From an uncultured Oscillospiraceae bacterium (GTDB lineage: Bacteria > Bacillota > Clostridia > Oscillospirales > Oscillospiraceae): DNA of 60,602 bases. The notes under the pieces were generated by a model. The model had not been told where the DNA came from and searched no databases. It was given only the letters and a program-made list of their open reading frames with translations. The translations under genes were made by a program, and so were the position numbers. How positions within the stretch are numbered: position 1 is the stretch's first letter; each line of letters starts with the position of its first letter. The DNA is taken from assembly GCA_947629755.1 (NCBI GenBank), contig CANREY010000001.1, positions 1 through 60,602 of the forward strand, written 5' to 3'. Positions 37,493-45,670 of the stretch are shown piece by piece.

Positions 37493-37512
37493 AGATATTC
37501 TGTAAAATATAC

Positions 37513-37541
37513 TTGACAATATATCCGGAAAGTATTACACT
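37513..37541 (+). promoter_or_regulatory. Sigma-A-type promoter of the membrane protein-HTH pair
   Basis: TTGACA (37513-37518), 17-nt spacer, TACACT (37536-37541). Confidence 0.5.
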
Positions 37542-37564
37542 AAGAGGCGAAAGGGGAGAGATAC

Positions 37565-38071
37565 ATGAGAAAAATAATTATCCCGGTGACGCTCATTGTA
37601 CTCGTTGGCGGCCTTACAGCACTGGCGTACGTCGCCGGCCGTGACAGGCGGGACAAATACGACGAAAGACAGCTCATGGAGCAGGGAAAGGGCTTTCAAT
37701 ACGCCATGCTCACCATGCTCATTTACAATCTGGTGGAGCCGCTTTGCGAGCTAATGATTGGGCGCAAATTCATGGACGCGAATGTGGCCCTTTGGCTGAG
37801 CGCCTGTTTGGGCCTTGTGGTGTTCGCTGTATACTGCGTCATAAAGGACGCCTACGTGACGGTCAAAAAGAGCCCATGGGTCCAGACACTTGTAATGGGG
37901 CTTTTTGCGGTGACGTATACCGCCAGCGCCTTTTTGAGGCTGGACGGGGGACTTATCAAGGACCGGAAGCTAACGGTGGACTGCGCGAATTTCGCCATCG
38001 CGGCGGATATTATTATCATATTCCTGACACTGCTCATAAAAACTCTCCGTGACCGGAGGAACAGGGAATGA
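37565..38071 (+). CDS. Integral membrane protein (4-5 TM), unknown function
   Basis: 168-aa hydrophobic ORF with GGGGAGAG before the ATG. Its stop overlaps the start of the HTH gene (ATGA). Confidence 0.55.
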   Translation: MRKIIIPVTLIVLVGGLTALAYVAGRDRRDKYDERQLMEQGKGFQYAMLTMLIYNLVEPLCELMIGRKFMDANVALWLSACLGLVVFAVYCVIKDAYVTVKKSPWVQTLVMGLFAVTYTASAFLRLDGGLIKDRKLTVDCANFAIAADIIIIFLTLLIKTLRDRRNRE

Positions 38072-38265
38072 AAAATCTCCGTCTCAAGGCCGCCCGCGCC
38101 GCCATGGACCTCTCCCAGCAGGCCCTGGCGGAGGAGGTGGGCGTCTCCCGCCAGACCATAAACGCCATCGAGAGCGGCGACTACAACCCCACCATCAACC
38201 TCTGCATCGCCATCTGCCGCGTCCTTGGAAGGACCCTGGACGAAATATTCTGGGAGGATAAATAA
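38068..38265 (+). CDS. XRE-family helix-turn-helix transcriptional regulator (short, 65 aa)
   Basis: LSQQALAEEVGVSRQTINAIESGDYNPTINLCIAICRVLGRTLDEIF is a canonical Cro/C1-type HTH. Confidence 0.85.
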   Translation: MKNLRLKAARAAMDLSQQALAEEVGVSRQTINAIESGDYNPTINLCIAICRVLGRTLDEIFWEDK

Positions 38266-38284
38266 GCCCACCGAAAAGCCAAAA

Positions 38285-38562
38285 GCCCGCTCAAACCTGA
38301 GCGGGCTTTAAACTGTTGACAAACCCCAGATAAGCGTAAAACCCCATTTCAAATAATTTTCGCGGCGACATGTGCGTCGCGAAAATTACCTTTTGTTTTG
38401 CGGAGTGTACGGCCCTTTGGGCCGTGCGCGGAGCAAAACGGCAGGAAAAAATCGCAAATAGGCCCGCAGGCCTTTTTGCGATTTTTTCCGCACGTTCCCC
38501 CTTGTCGACAAAGGCCAACGGACTTTGTCGACAATCTAAAGCCCGCTCACGTTTGAGCGGGC
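38285..38562 (-). repeat. Multi-hairpin intergenic element, copy E (reverse orientation), with flanking duplicated terminator hairpin
   Basis: Element at 38312-38535 (ACTGTTGACAAACCCC ... TTGTCGACAAAGGCCAACGGACTTTGTCGACAA). Flanked by GCCCGCTCAAACCTGAGCGGGC (38285-38306) and GCCCGCTCACGTTTGAGCGGGC (38541-38562). Confidence 0.85.
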
Positions 38563-38583
38563 TTTATCACTATACTATAAGCT

Positions 38584-38844
38584 TTAATATTGGTTTTCCG
38601 CTATAAGCTTTAATTTCTGCTCCCTCGTAAGTCCCTTTATCGCAAGCTCCCTTTTAAGGGCGGAGGACTTATCGAGTGCCGGCTCGGAGTACACAAGCTC
38701 CACGGGCTCATGGGAGCGGGTATACTTGGCTCCACGGCCTGAGCTGTGGGCCTTTAAACGGCGATCAAGGTCGTTCGTTATGCCGGTATAGAGGCTCCCG
38801 TCGCCGCACCGGAGGATATAGACGCGCCACTCTCTCAAGCTCAC
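38584..38844 (-). CDS. GIY-YIG nuclease family protein (small stand-alone URI domain)
   Basis: 86 aa. WRVYILRCGDGSLYTGITNDLDRRLKAHSSGRGAKYTR is the GIY-YIG core. Overlaps the upstream lipoprotein gene by 4 nt. Confidence 0.85.
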   Translation of the reverse strand: MSLREWRVYILRCGDGSLYTGITNDLDRRLKAHSSGRGAKYTRSHEPVELVYSEPALDKSSALKRELAIKGLTREQKLKLIAENQY

Positions 38845-39983
38845 TCACCCGCAAGCTTTTCCCAGAGCGCGTGGAGCTCCTCACGACTGAGCCTCGTCAG
38901 CACCACGATGTCCAGCGGTATTTCGGCGCCGTTGGAGATCTCAAGGTCCAAATCGTACATGTCTCCCCGGTTGCCGGTGAGGGCGTAGCCGGTGAAGGTG
39001 AGATTTTTAAAGTCATACTGCCCCTCCACCGCGAGACCGGTGACGTCGGTGGAGTAGTGGATATAGCTCAGCGACCCGTCGTCGCCCACGTCCAAGCTCA
39101 GCTTGGTGCTGTCGCCGTAGCTGAGCGTGCCCTCGGCGTGTATGCCGTTATTGAGATCGACTGTGAGGGAGCCAAGCTTCTCGATCTCGATGGAGACGGC
39201 GTTATTTTCAAGCTTCATCGTCGCGTCGGCGCTCCCGGCCACGTCGATGCCCGTCAGCACACCGTCTGTTACCGTGAAGGTGACGTAAAACTCCCCGCCC
39301 TCCAATGCCTTAAAGGCGCTTTTTGGGTCAAGCCCCCGCTCGTCGCCGGAGATCAGGGCGTAGAGGAAGGGAATGGCAGGCAACGCCTCGGCCACGTCGG
39401 AGAGGAGCGCCGCCATATTTGCCCCGGACACCGTGCCGGTGTAGCCCTTGCCGTCCTCAAGGGCCGTGAGCTCCATGGCCTCCATATGTGGCTCCGCCGC
39501 GCCCTTGAGGGGCTCGATGCCGCCGAAGTCCACCACCCGGAGCCTGTCGTCGCCCCACTTCTCCGGCGCGGAAAACGTAAACGTACCGCTGCCCTGCTGG
39601 AAGCTGATAGGGGAGGGGTCGTGCGCAACTTCCTCGTCGTCCACATATGTCATGGTGCCGGCGGCGCGGTAGAACTCAGGCAGATTATCAAGGGGCGTCT
39701 CAATGGCGTCCAGCTTCTCAAGGGCCTTTTCAAAAGCTATAATCAGCTCCTCGTTTTGTACCCCGTACAGAGGCTCCGTGCCCTCGGTCTCCTTATTTGA
39801 GGGGCCGGGCTCGGTCCCGCCGGCGGTCTCCGGGGGCTCGGTTGCCACGGTGGGGCTTGAGGTCTCCGGCTCCTCCTTTTTCTCCGTGGGGGACGTGTTA
39901 CCGTCGGCCCTGCCAATAAAGGCGCACCCGGATAGGGAGAGGACAAGAGCCAGAATAAGTGCCAGCGCTGTAAGCTTTTTCAT
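38841..39983 (-). CDS. Lipoprotein, unknown function (distant paralogue of 40103..41503)
   Basis: Signal peptide MKKLTALALILALVLSLSG|C. T/E/P-rich linker. The C-terminal segment TGNRGDMYDLDLEISNG...REELHALW resembles TGEGMDGEDLGLDIRYTDG...DRELTELI in the neighbouring lipoprotein. Confidence 0.65.
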   Translation of the reverse strand: MKKLTALALILALVLSLSGCAFIGRADGNTSPTEKKEEPETSSPTVATEPPETAGGTEPGPSNKETEGTEPLYGVQNEELIIAFEKALEKLDAIETPLDNLPEFYRAAGTMTYVDDEEVAHDPSPISFQQGSGTFTFSAPEKWGDDRLRVVDFGGIEPLKGAAEPHMEAMELTALEDGKGYTGTVSGANMAALLSDVAEALPAIPFLYALISGDERGLDPKSAFKALEGGEFYVTFTVTDGVLTGIDVAGSADATMKLENNAVSIEIEKLGSLTVDLNNGIHAEGTLSYGDSTKLSLDVGDDGSLSYIHYSTDVTGLAVEGQYDFKNLTFTGYALTGNRGDMYDLDLEISNGAEIPLDIVVLTRLSREELHALWEKLAGE

Positions 39984-40102
39984 TTTATCACTCCTTATCA
40001 CAAGTAGTATGTGCCGTTTATAAACAGTTTACCCCGGTATGCAACGCACACCGGGGTAGAGGTGGCGGAGGCGCGGTTTGGCCTCTCCGTCACTTTGTAG
40101 CT

Positions 40103-41503
40103 TCACGAAATCGCGTCAGGGTCGAGCTGAGCGACCACGGAGAGAATGAGCTCCGTGAGCTCCCGGTCGTCCATGGTAAAGATGTTCTTGAGCTCCGCCG
40201 GCGTCTCCACGGTGCCGCCGTCGGTGTAGCGAATGTCAAGGCCCAGATCCTCGCCGTCCATGCCCTCGCCCGTCAGCTTCCCGCCGGTGAGGTAGAAGCC
40301 GTCGGCGGATACACCGAAGTCCCCGGTGAGGCTCAGAAGCGTCTCGCCGTCCATCGTCATGCTGAGGTCAAGGCGGTTGTCCGTCCAGTCGGCGGTCACG
40401 GTCATGGTCTGGCCGTCGCTTGTCATTGTCAGGGTGTGCTTGTAGCTGCCCTTTTCGGACTTGACCTCGCTTGTAAGCGTGACGGGGTCGGAGCCCTCGC
40501 TTACGACATCGAAGGTTACTTTGTCGCCGTCGTAGAGATCCACGGTTATGCTGTTGCCCTCAGGCGCGTTCTCACCCTCAGGCGTAATGGCGACCTTTAC
40601 AAGCTTCTCACCGGCTATGTAATAGCTCACCGTGAGCTTTCCGCCGGAGGCCCTCATGTCCCGGAACGTTTCGCTAAGCTGGGAGCGAAGGTCCTCCACA
40701 TCAGCGGCCTCGCCGGAGGCGGCCATGCCGGAGAGCGCCCCGATGGAGGAGCTGTCAAGGGCCACGTTTGTAACGCTTTCAAGAAGATCCGCGAGCGCCT
40801 CAGCGGTGACCATGCCCTCGACTATCCAGCCGTCGCCGTCGGCCTTGGCCGTAAGCTCAACGGAATCGGCGAAGTCACGGCAGAGCTTCTCGATCTCCTT
40901 TGAGCTCTCCTCCATAGCCGCGGGGTCGATGGAGTTAAAGGAATCAAGGAGCGCGTCGATCTCCTTGAAGGCCTCAAGGGTCTCGTCGTCAAGATACTTC
41001 CCAATGGCGCTTCCCGCGGCCTGGTCGTAGAGGTCGTGGGGCACGAAGCCGTAGTATGTATCGCTCCCCAAGAGCATGGGGACGGACAGCCCCAGATAGT
41101 CCTTATCGAGGTAGAGCCCCGCGTCGATATTCTCGCCCATGTAGTCCACGGAGGCCTTCAAAAGGAGCTTCCCGGCGTCCGTGTCAAAGCCCAGATCCCC
41201 GCCGAGGGCGACGGTCTCGCCGTCCTGACTGGCGCTGAGGCTGAAGGCGGCGGAGCCTGACTTGCACTGAAGCGCGGAAAGAGCCAACATGGGGGAGCCG
41301 GAGTAGCGGGCCTTGAGGTCCGAAAGGGTGTTGCCGGAGGCGGCCCTGAGGTACGCCGCGGGGTCGTCCGCGGGGGTTATGTCGGCGATGTCGTCGGCGG
41401 GGGAGCCGCCCTTGTCCTCGTCCTTCTTGCCGCAGGCCCCAAGGGACAGGACAAGAACGAGTATCAGTGTCACCGACAGTAAGCGTCTTATGGTTTTATT
41501 CAT
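40103..41503 (-). CDS. Lipoprotein, unknown function
   Basis: 466 aa with signal peptide and lipobox LSLGA|C. No enzymatic motif recognised. Confidence 0.65.
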   Translation of the reverse strand: MNKTIRRLLSVTLILVLVLSLGACGKKDEDKGGSPADDIADITPADDPAAYLRAASGNTLSDLKARYSGSPMLALSALQCKSGSAAFSLSASQDGETVALGGDLGFDTDAGKLLLKASVDYMGENIDAGLYLDKDYLGLSVPMLLGSDTYYGFVPHDLYDQAAGSAIGKYLDDETLEAFKEIDALLDSFNSIDPAAMEESSKEIEKLCRDFADSVELTAKADGDGWIVEGMVTAEALADLLESVTNVALDSSSIGALSGMAASGEAADVEDLRSQLSETFRDMRASGGKLTVSYYIAGEKLVKVAITPEGENAPEGNSITVDLYDGDKVTFDVVSEGSDPVTLTSEVKSEKGSYKHTLTMTSDGQTMTVTADWTDNRLDLSMTMDGETLLSLTGDFGVSADGFYLTGGKLTGEGMDGEDLGLDIRYTDGGTVETPAELKNIFTMDDRELTELILSVVAQLDPDAIS

Positions 41504-41591
41504 ATCAAAATCTCCTTTGAAAGGGTGATAGTTACATTATTATACAATCGAACCGCAAAATCAAGTGTAAATCCGCCCAAATCCGAAAAAC

Positions 41592-42704
41592 TTACCGCAT
41601 TATCATCGCCGTATTTAGCACAATGGTGGAATTTATAAAAAGCACGTCGGAATCTGGCGTGAACTCCACAAAATTGGGCAGGTACTGGCTGGTCACGTAC
41701 CTTAAGTCGATGACCGTTATCTTTTTGTAGGCCCCGGTGAACAGCGGCACGAAGGAGGAGCCGAAGGAGTCCCGGAACACGTAGAGCTCCCTGTCCGTTT
41801 TCGCGTCCTCGTTGACGATCTCGATTATCGACTGTGTGCCGCCGAGAAACACGTCGTACCCGTCCATGCCCTCAAACTTGCTCAAGGTGTAGACCCCCTC
41901 GGAGCTCTCCTCCATTACGCCGGAGTTGGACATGTAGGAGACCTTCGCGCCCTCCGTGTACGGGCTTGTGAGATATGTAAGCTCGTCGGGCTTTATGGGC
42001 AGGGCCGCCTGCCCAAGATACACGCCGTAGAAGGGGGAGAGGGTGTGGGGCGTATATTCGCGCTTATCCGTCAGATACTCCCCGACGCCCATGCCCTCGC
42101 CTAAAGCCTTCACCGTGTCAAAAAGCTCCGGCTGGAGCCAGTGGGTGTCGGTGCGGTAGTATTTGCTTGTGTCCAGCGTGCCGGTGATGTCGATGTACTT
42201 ACCGTTCACATTTGATGTCATGAGCTCAATGAGGCGGTCGTAGTCTATATGGGGGTGGTTTTTATCCTCAGCGTAGTAGCTCTTGTCGGGAATTATGGAC
42301 CAGTAGACGTGGCAGTCCTTGAGATATGAATCGATTATGGCGTTATAGAGCTTATAGGCGTAAGCTATCTGGTTTTCGTTTGTGACGGGCTCGTTTTTAT
42401 AGACCCTGTCGCCGTCTATCCATATGCCGTTGGAGTCAAGCTGTCCCATGGCGTAAAACCGGGTGGCGGCGTTTACCTGGCGGAAGGACTCACGCATGGG
42501 GAACTGGTCCAGCATGTAGCTTTCAAGCTTGTCGGAAAATTCCCGGTTGAATACGGCCTTTGCCGTGACGGACGGGGCTTGGGCCAGCTCCCGGCGCTCC
42601 GAGCTGCTGACGGCCTTGTCGGGAACTATGAGGTGGGCTATGGCAAGGCCGAATATCACAAGGGCGAAGGAGGCCACGGTGAGGATATATTTTATTTTTT
42701 TCAT
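41592..42704 (-). CDS. DHHW-family / AlgJ-AlgX-like SGNH acyltransferase partner protein
   Basis: 370 aa. N-terminal membrane anchor MKKIKYILTVASFALVIFGLAIAHL, the motif YRTDTHW, and its position immediately downstream of an MBOAT gene. Confidence 0.7.
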   Translation of the reverse strand: MKKIKYILTVASFALVIFGLAIAHLIVPDKAVSSSERRELAQAPSVTAKAVFNREFSDKLESYMLDQFPMRESFRQVNAATRFYAMGQLDSNGIWIDGDRVYKNEPVTNENQIAYAYKLYNAIIDSYLKDCHVYWSIIPDKSYYAEDKNHPHIDYDRLIELMTSNVNGKYIDITGTLDTSKYYRTDTHWLQPELFDTVKALGEGMGVGEYLTDKREYTPHTLSPFYGVYLGQAALPIKPDELTYLTSPYTEGAKVSYMSNSGVMEESSEGVYTLSKFEGMDGYDVFLGGTQSIIEIVNEDAKTDRELYVFRDSFGSSFVPLFTGAYKKITVIDLRYVTSQYLPNFVEFTPDSDVLFINSTIVLNTAMIMR

Positions 42705-42716
42705 GTCAGCGCCTCC

Positions 42717-44108
42717 TTAAAATCTGAAGTAGAGGAAGGGGTTGAAGGAGCCGTTAATTATGAACGCCGTGGAGACGATTATAAGCGCCGCCGTGGCTAT
42801 GGGCTCCAGCGCCACCTTGGGCCCCTCGGAGAGCTTATTGTAGAGAATCTTCGGTATTGGCGTAGCGCCGATAATGGCCACAATAATGGGCACAGCGTAG
42901 CTTCTGAGGTAATAGACCGCCTCGGAGCTTATAAGCGGCAGGTTCCCCGCCCCGAAAAGTCCGCCGATGTCGGACACGACGCCCTTCAGCCCCGCGGCGT
43001 TGAACACCGTGAAGCTTATGACGACTAAAAACAGCACGTAGATGTGGGAGACGAAGGAGGGGAGCTTTTCGAGTATCCTCCCAAGCCACAGCTTCTCAAT
43101 TATGAGCAGTACCCCGAACATCACGCCCCAGAGGACGAAATTCCACTCCGCCCCGTGCCAGGCGCCGGTGAGTATCCACACCACGGCTATGTTCCGGAGC
43201 CACTTGAGCTTCGTGGTCCTGTTGCCGCCCATGGGGATATATACGTAGTCCCGAAACCAGCTCCCAAGCGTCATGTGCCAGCGCCGCCAGAACTCGGTTA
43301 TGGACTTTGATATATAGGGGTAGTTGAAGTTTTCCGGGAATTTAAAGCCGAACATGGCCCCAAGGCCGATGGCCATATCTGAATAGCCGGAGAAGTCGAA
43401 GTAAATCTGCAAAGCGTAGGCCAACGCGTAGAGCCAGTAAAAGAGCACCGATTTGTCGGTGGAATCTCTGAATATCTGCGTAAGCTCACCCATGACGTTT
43501 GCTATGAGCACTTTCTTGCCAAGGCCGAAGGCGAAGCGCCGGACGCCCAGCGCCACGTTTTCAAGGGTAATTTTCCTGTCCTCCAGCTCCGCCGCCACGT
43601 CAACATACCTGACGATGGGCCCGGCGATAAGCTGTGGGAAGAGGCACACGAAGGTGGCCATGGTCCCGAGGTCCCGCTGTGCGTGGGCCCGGCCACGGTA
43701 GACGTCGATGGTGTAGCTCATGGTCTGGAAGGTGAAGAAGCTTATGCCGATGGGCAACGGCACGCCGGTCTTGGGTATGGAGGTGCCGAAGATCGAGTTC
43801 ACCGTGCCGATGAGAAAATCGGTGTACTTGAAAAAGCCAAGCATACCGAGATTTATAACGATGGAGGAGATAAGGGCGATCTTCGCCTTTTTATCCCCCC
43901 GGTGCTTTTCTATGTAGATGCTGTGGAGCCAGTCCGAGATGGAGGAGAATATGAGCAACAGCACATATATGGGCTCCCCGAAGAAGTAAAAGACGAGGCT
44001 GGCTATCAAAAGCACGTAGTTTTTGCACTTTACCCCCGGCGCCAGGGCGTAGAGGAGCAGTACTATGGGCAAAAACACATAGAGGAATGTGGCTCCCGAA
44101 AATAACAT
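42717..44108 (-). CDS. MBOAT-family membrane-bound O-acyltransferase (AlgI/DltB-like)
   Basis: 463 aa, polytopic. Conserved-His region FWRRWHMTLGSWFRDYVYIPMGGNR. Confidence 0.9.
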   Translation of the reverse strand: MLFSGATFLYVFLPIVLLLYALAPGVKCKNYVLLIASLVFYFFGEPIYVLLLIFSSISDWLHSIYIEKHRGDKKAKIALISSIVINLGMLGFFKYTDFLIGTVNSIFGTSIPKTGVPLPIGISFFTFQTMSYTIDVYRGRAHAQRDLGTMATFVCLFPQLIAGPIVRYVDVAAELEDRKITLENVALGVRRFAFGLGKKVLIANVMGELTQIFRDSTDKSVLFYWLYALAYALQIYFDFSGYSDMAIGLGAMFGFKFPENFNYPYISKSITEFWRRWHMTLGSWFRDYVYIPMGGNRTTKLKWLRNIAVVWILTGAWHGAEWNFVLWGVMFGVLLIIEKLWLGRILEKLPSFVSHIYVLFLVVISFTVFNAAGLKGVVSDIGGLFGAGNLPLISSEAVYYLRSYAVPIIVAIIGATPIPKILYNKLSEGPKVALEPIATAALIIVSTAFIINGSFNPFLYFRF

Positions 44109-44194
44109 GGGCGTCTCTCCCTAACAAAGATTTTTAGATTATCGAAAAGGGCGGGTCATTGTAACCCGCCCCTCGGCGATTATTTGGGTTTTGC

Positions 44195-44713
44195 TCAGGC
44201 GTTGAAGGCGTCGATGATGCCCTGAGCGTCGATGGTGCTGCCCTCCTCGGTGGTGGTCATCACAAAGAGGATAAGGCCGTCCTTCACCTCACACTTGACA
44301 AAGTTGGCGGTGGTGCACACGTTCCAGTTGGGGTTGGCCTTGCCCTCCAGCTCCTTGGCGTAGTCCTCGGCAGAGGTGCCGCCGGCGGGCTGAATCAGGA
44401 ACACGATATGGGGCTGGCCCATCATCATGGCCTGATTGATGGCCACCAGCGTCCCGTCGGGAAGGGAGGCTCCGGGAAACCATGTGCCGAAGAAGTCCGC
44501 GGGCTTGCCGCCGGCGTTCTCAGCGAGAGTGGTGAGGGCGATGTTCTCCACCATCATTTCCCCGGTCTTGCCGTCGCAGATTGCGGTGAGCTTCTCAACA
44601 AGCTCGTCCTCGGTGAGGTTCGACGTCGCGCCGCCCTTGTCCCCGTTGCCGCCGCAGGCCACCAAAGCCAGCGCCAGCACAAGCGCCAGCGTCAAAGCGA
44701 TTACCTTTTTCAT
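44195..44713 (-). CDS. Small lipoprotein, unknown function (possibly DUF4358-like; paralogue of the C-terminal domain of 44746..45573)
   Basis: 172 aa with lipobox LALVA|C. LTAICDGKTGEMMVENIAL ... VKDGLILFVMTTTEE ... IIDAFNA parallels LAAICEGKTGEMMVDNHSL ... VKDGLILFIMTNSE ... VISAFKG in the next gene. Confidence 0.65.
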   Translation of the reverse strand: MKKVIALTLALVLALALVACGGNGDKGGATSNLTEDELVEKLTAICDGKTGEMMVENIALTTLAENAGGKPADFFGTWFPGASLPDGTLVAINQAMMMGQPHIVFLIQPAGGTSAEDYAKELEGKANPNWNVCTTANFVKCEVKDGLILFVMTTTEEGSTIDAQGIIDAFNA

Positions 44714-44745
44714 TTTTCGTCTCTCCTTAACAGTAAATTTATTGC

Positions 44746-45573
44746 TCAGCCTTTAAAAGCAGAGATAACATCATCGGCGTTCACGATCTCGGAGTTGGTC
44801 ATTATAAAGAGTATAAGACCGTCCTTGACCGCGTACTTTACAGTGTCGGCGGAGACGCATATCTGCCAGCGCGGGTTAGCGTTCCGCTCAAGCTCCTTTG
44901 CGTACTCCCCGGCGTCAACGCCCTCGGCGGGCTCAATGAGGAGTATGACATGGGCGATGGAGCCCATCATGGGGGCGTTCACCGCCACCTTCGTGCCCTC
45001 GGTATAGGCCATACCGCCAAACCAGTTGGAGAACATGCCGGAGCTGGAAAGGGAGTGGTTATCCACCATCATCTCGCCGGTCTTGCCCTCACAAATGGCG
45101 GCCAGCCTGTCGACCAGATCTCCCGCGTCAGTCACGGGCACGTCCTGCGTCTCTCCGCCGCCGTTACCGCCGGGGGTGATTATACCGCCCGGCCCAAGCT
45201 GGAACCCCGGCCCGATGGGCGGGTGGCTCTCACTCGGCTCAGTGGTGGGGGGCTCCGTGGCCGGAGGCTCGGTGGACTGAGGCTCAGTCTCCGGGGGCTG
45301 GGTGTCAGCGGGCTTCGTCTCAGGAGGCTCCGTCTCCGTGGGGTTAGTGCCTTCAGTCTCCGTAGGCTCCGTGGCTTCGGTCTCCGTAGGCTCCGTGGCT
45401 TCGGTCTCCGTAGGCTCCGTGTCCTCAGTCTCCGCAGGCTTCGTGCCCTCGGTATCATTGGGCCTCGTGTCCTCGGTTCCCGTGGGCTCCGTCACGCCCT
45501 GCGTCCTGCCGCCGCAGGCGGCCAGCGCCAAAACGAGCGTCAGGGCGAGTATTATCGCGACGATCTTTTTCAT
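44746..45573 (-). CDS. Lipoprotein with T/E/P-rich tandem-repeat linker and the same C-terminal domain as 44195..44713
   Basis: 275 aa from MKKIVAIILALTLVLALAA|C. The linker contains TEPTETEA repeats. Confidence 0.65.
   Translation of the reverse strand: MKKIVAIILALTLVLALAACGGRTQGVTEPTGTEDTRPNDTEGTKPAETEDTEPTETEATEPTETEATEPTETEGTNPTETEPPETKPADTQPPETEPQSTEPPATEPPTTEPSESHPPIGPGFQLGPGGIITPGGNGGGETQDVPVTDAGDLVDRLAAICEGKTGEMMVDNHSLSSSGMFSNWFGGMAYTEGTKVAVNAPMMGSIAHVILLIEPAEGVDAGEYAKELERNANPRWQICVSADTVKYAVKDGLILFIMTNSEIVNADDVISAFKG
45337..45480 (-). repeat. In-frame 24-nt tandem repeat (about 6 units, 2 perfect) encoding TEPTETEA
   Basis: Plus-strand units are CGTAGGCTCCGTGGCTTCGGTCTC x2 (identical), flanked by degenerate units (CGTAGGCTCCGTGTCCTCAGTCTC, CGCAGGCTTCGTGCCCTCGGTATC, ...). 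Confidence 0.8.
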
Positions 45574-45670
45574 ATCTATGTATTCCTTTCGGCTGATTTG
45601 CCCCACATATTGGGGTATCCGGCCTTAAGACTACATATAGATATGAAATGTTCCCGAAAAAGGAAAATTT

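Noticed and set aside
37565-38265. Toxin-antitoxin interpretation of the membrane protein/HTH pair.
   Set aside because: The larger partner is a polytopic membrane protein without any known toxin fold motif. Neither the gene order nor the sizes fit known type II families.
38584-38844. GIY-YIG gene as a homing endonuclease or defence nuclease.
   Set aside because: It is an 86-aa stand-alone URI domain of the widely conserved small type. No intron, intein, DNA-binding extension or partner defence genes are present. Its 4-nt overlap with a lipoprotein gene suggests simple operon membership.
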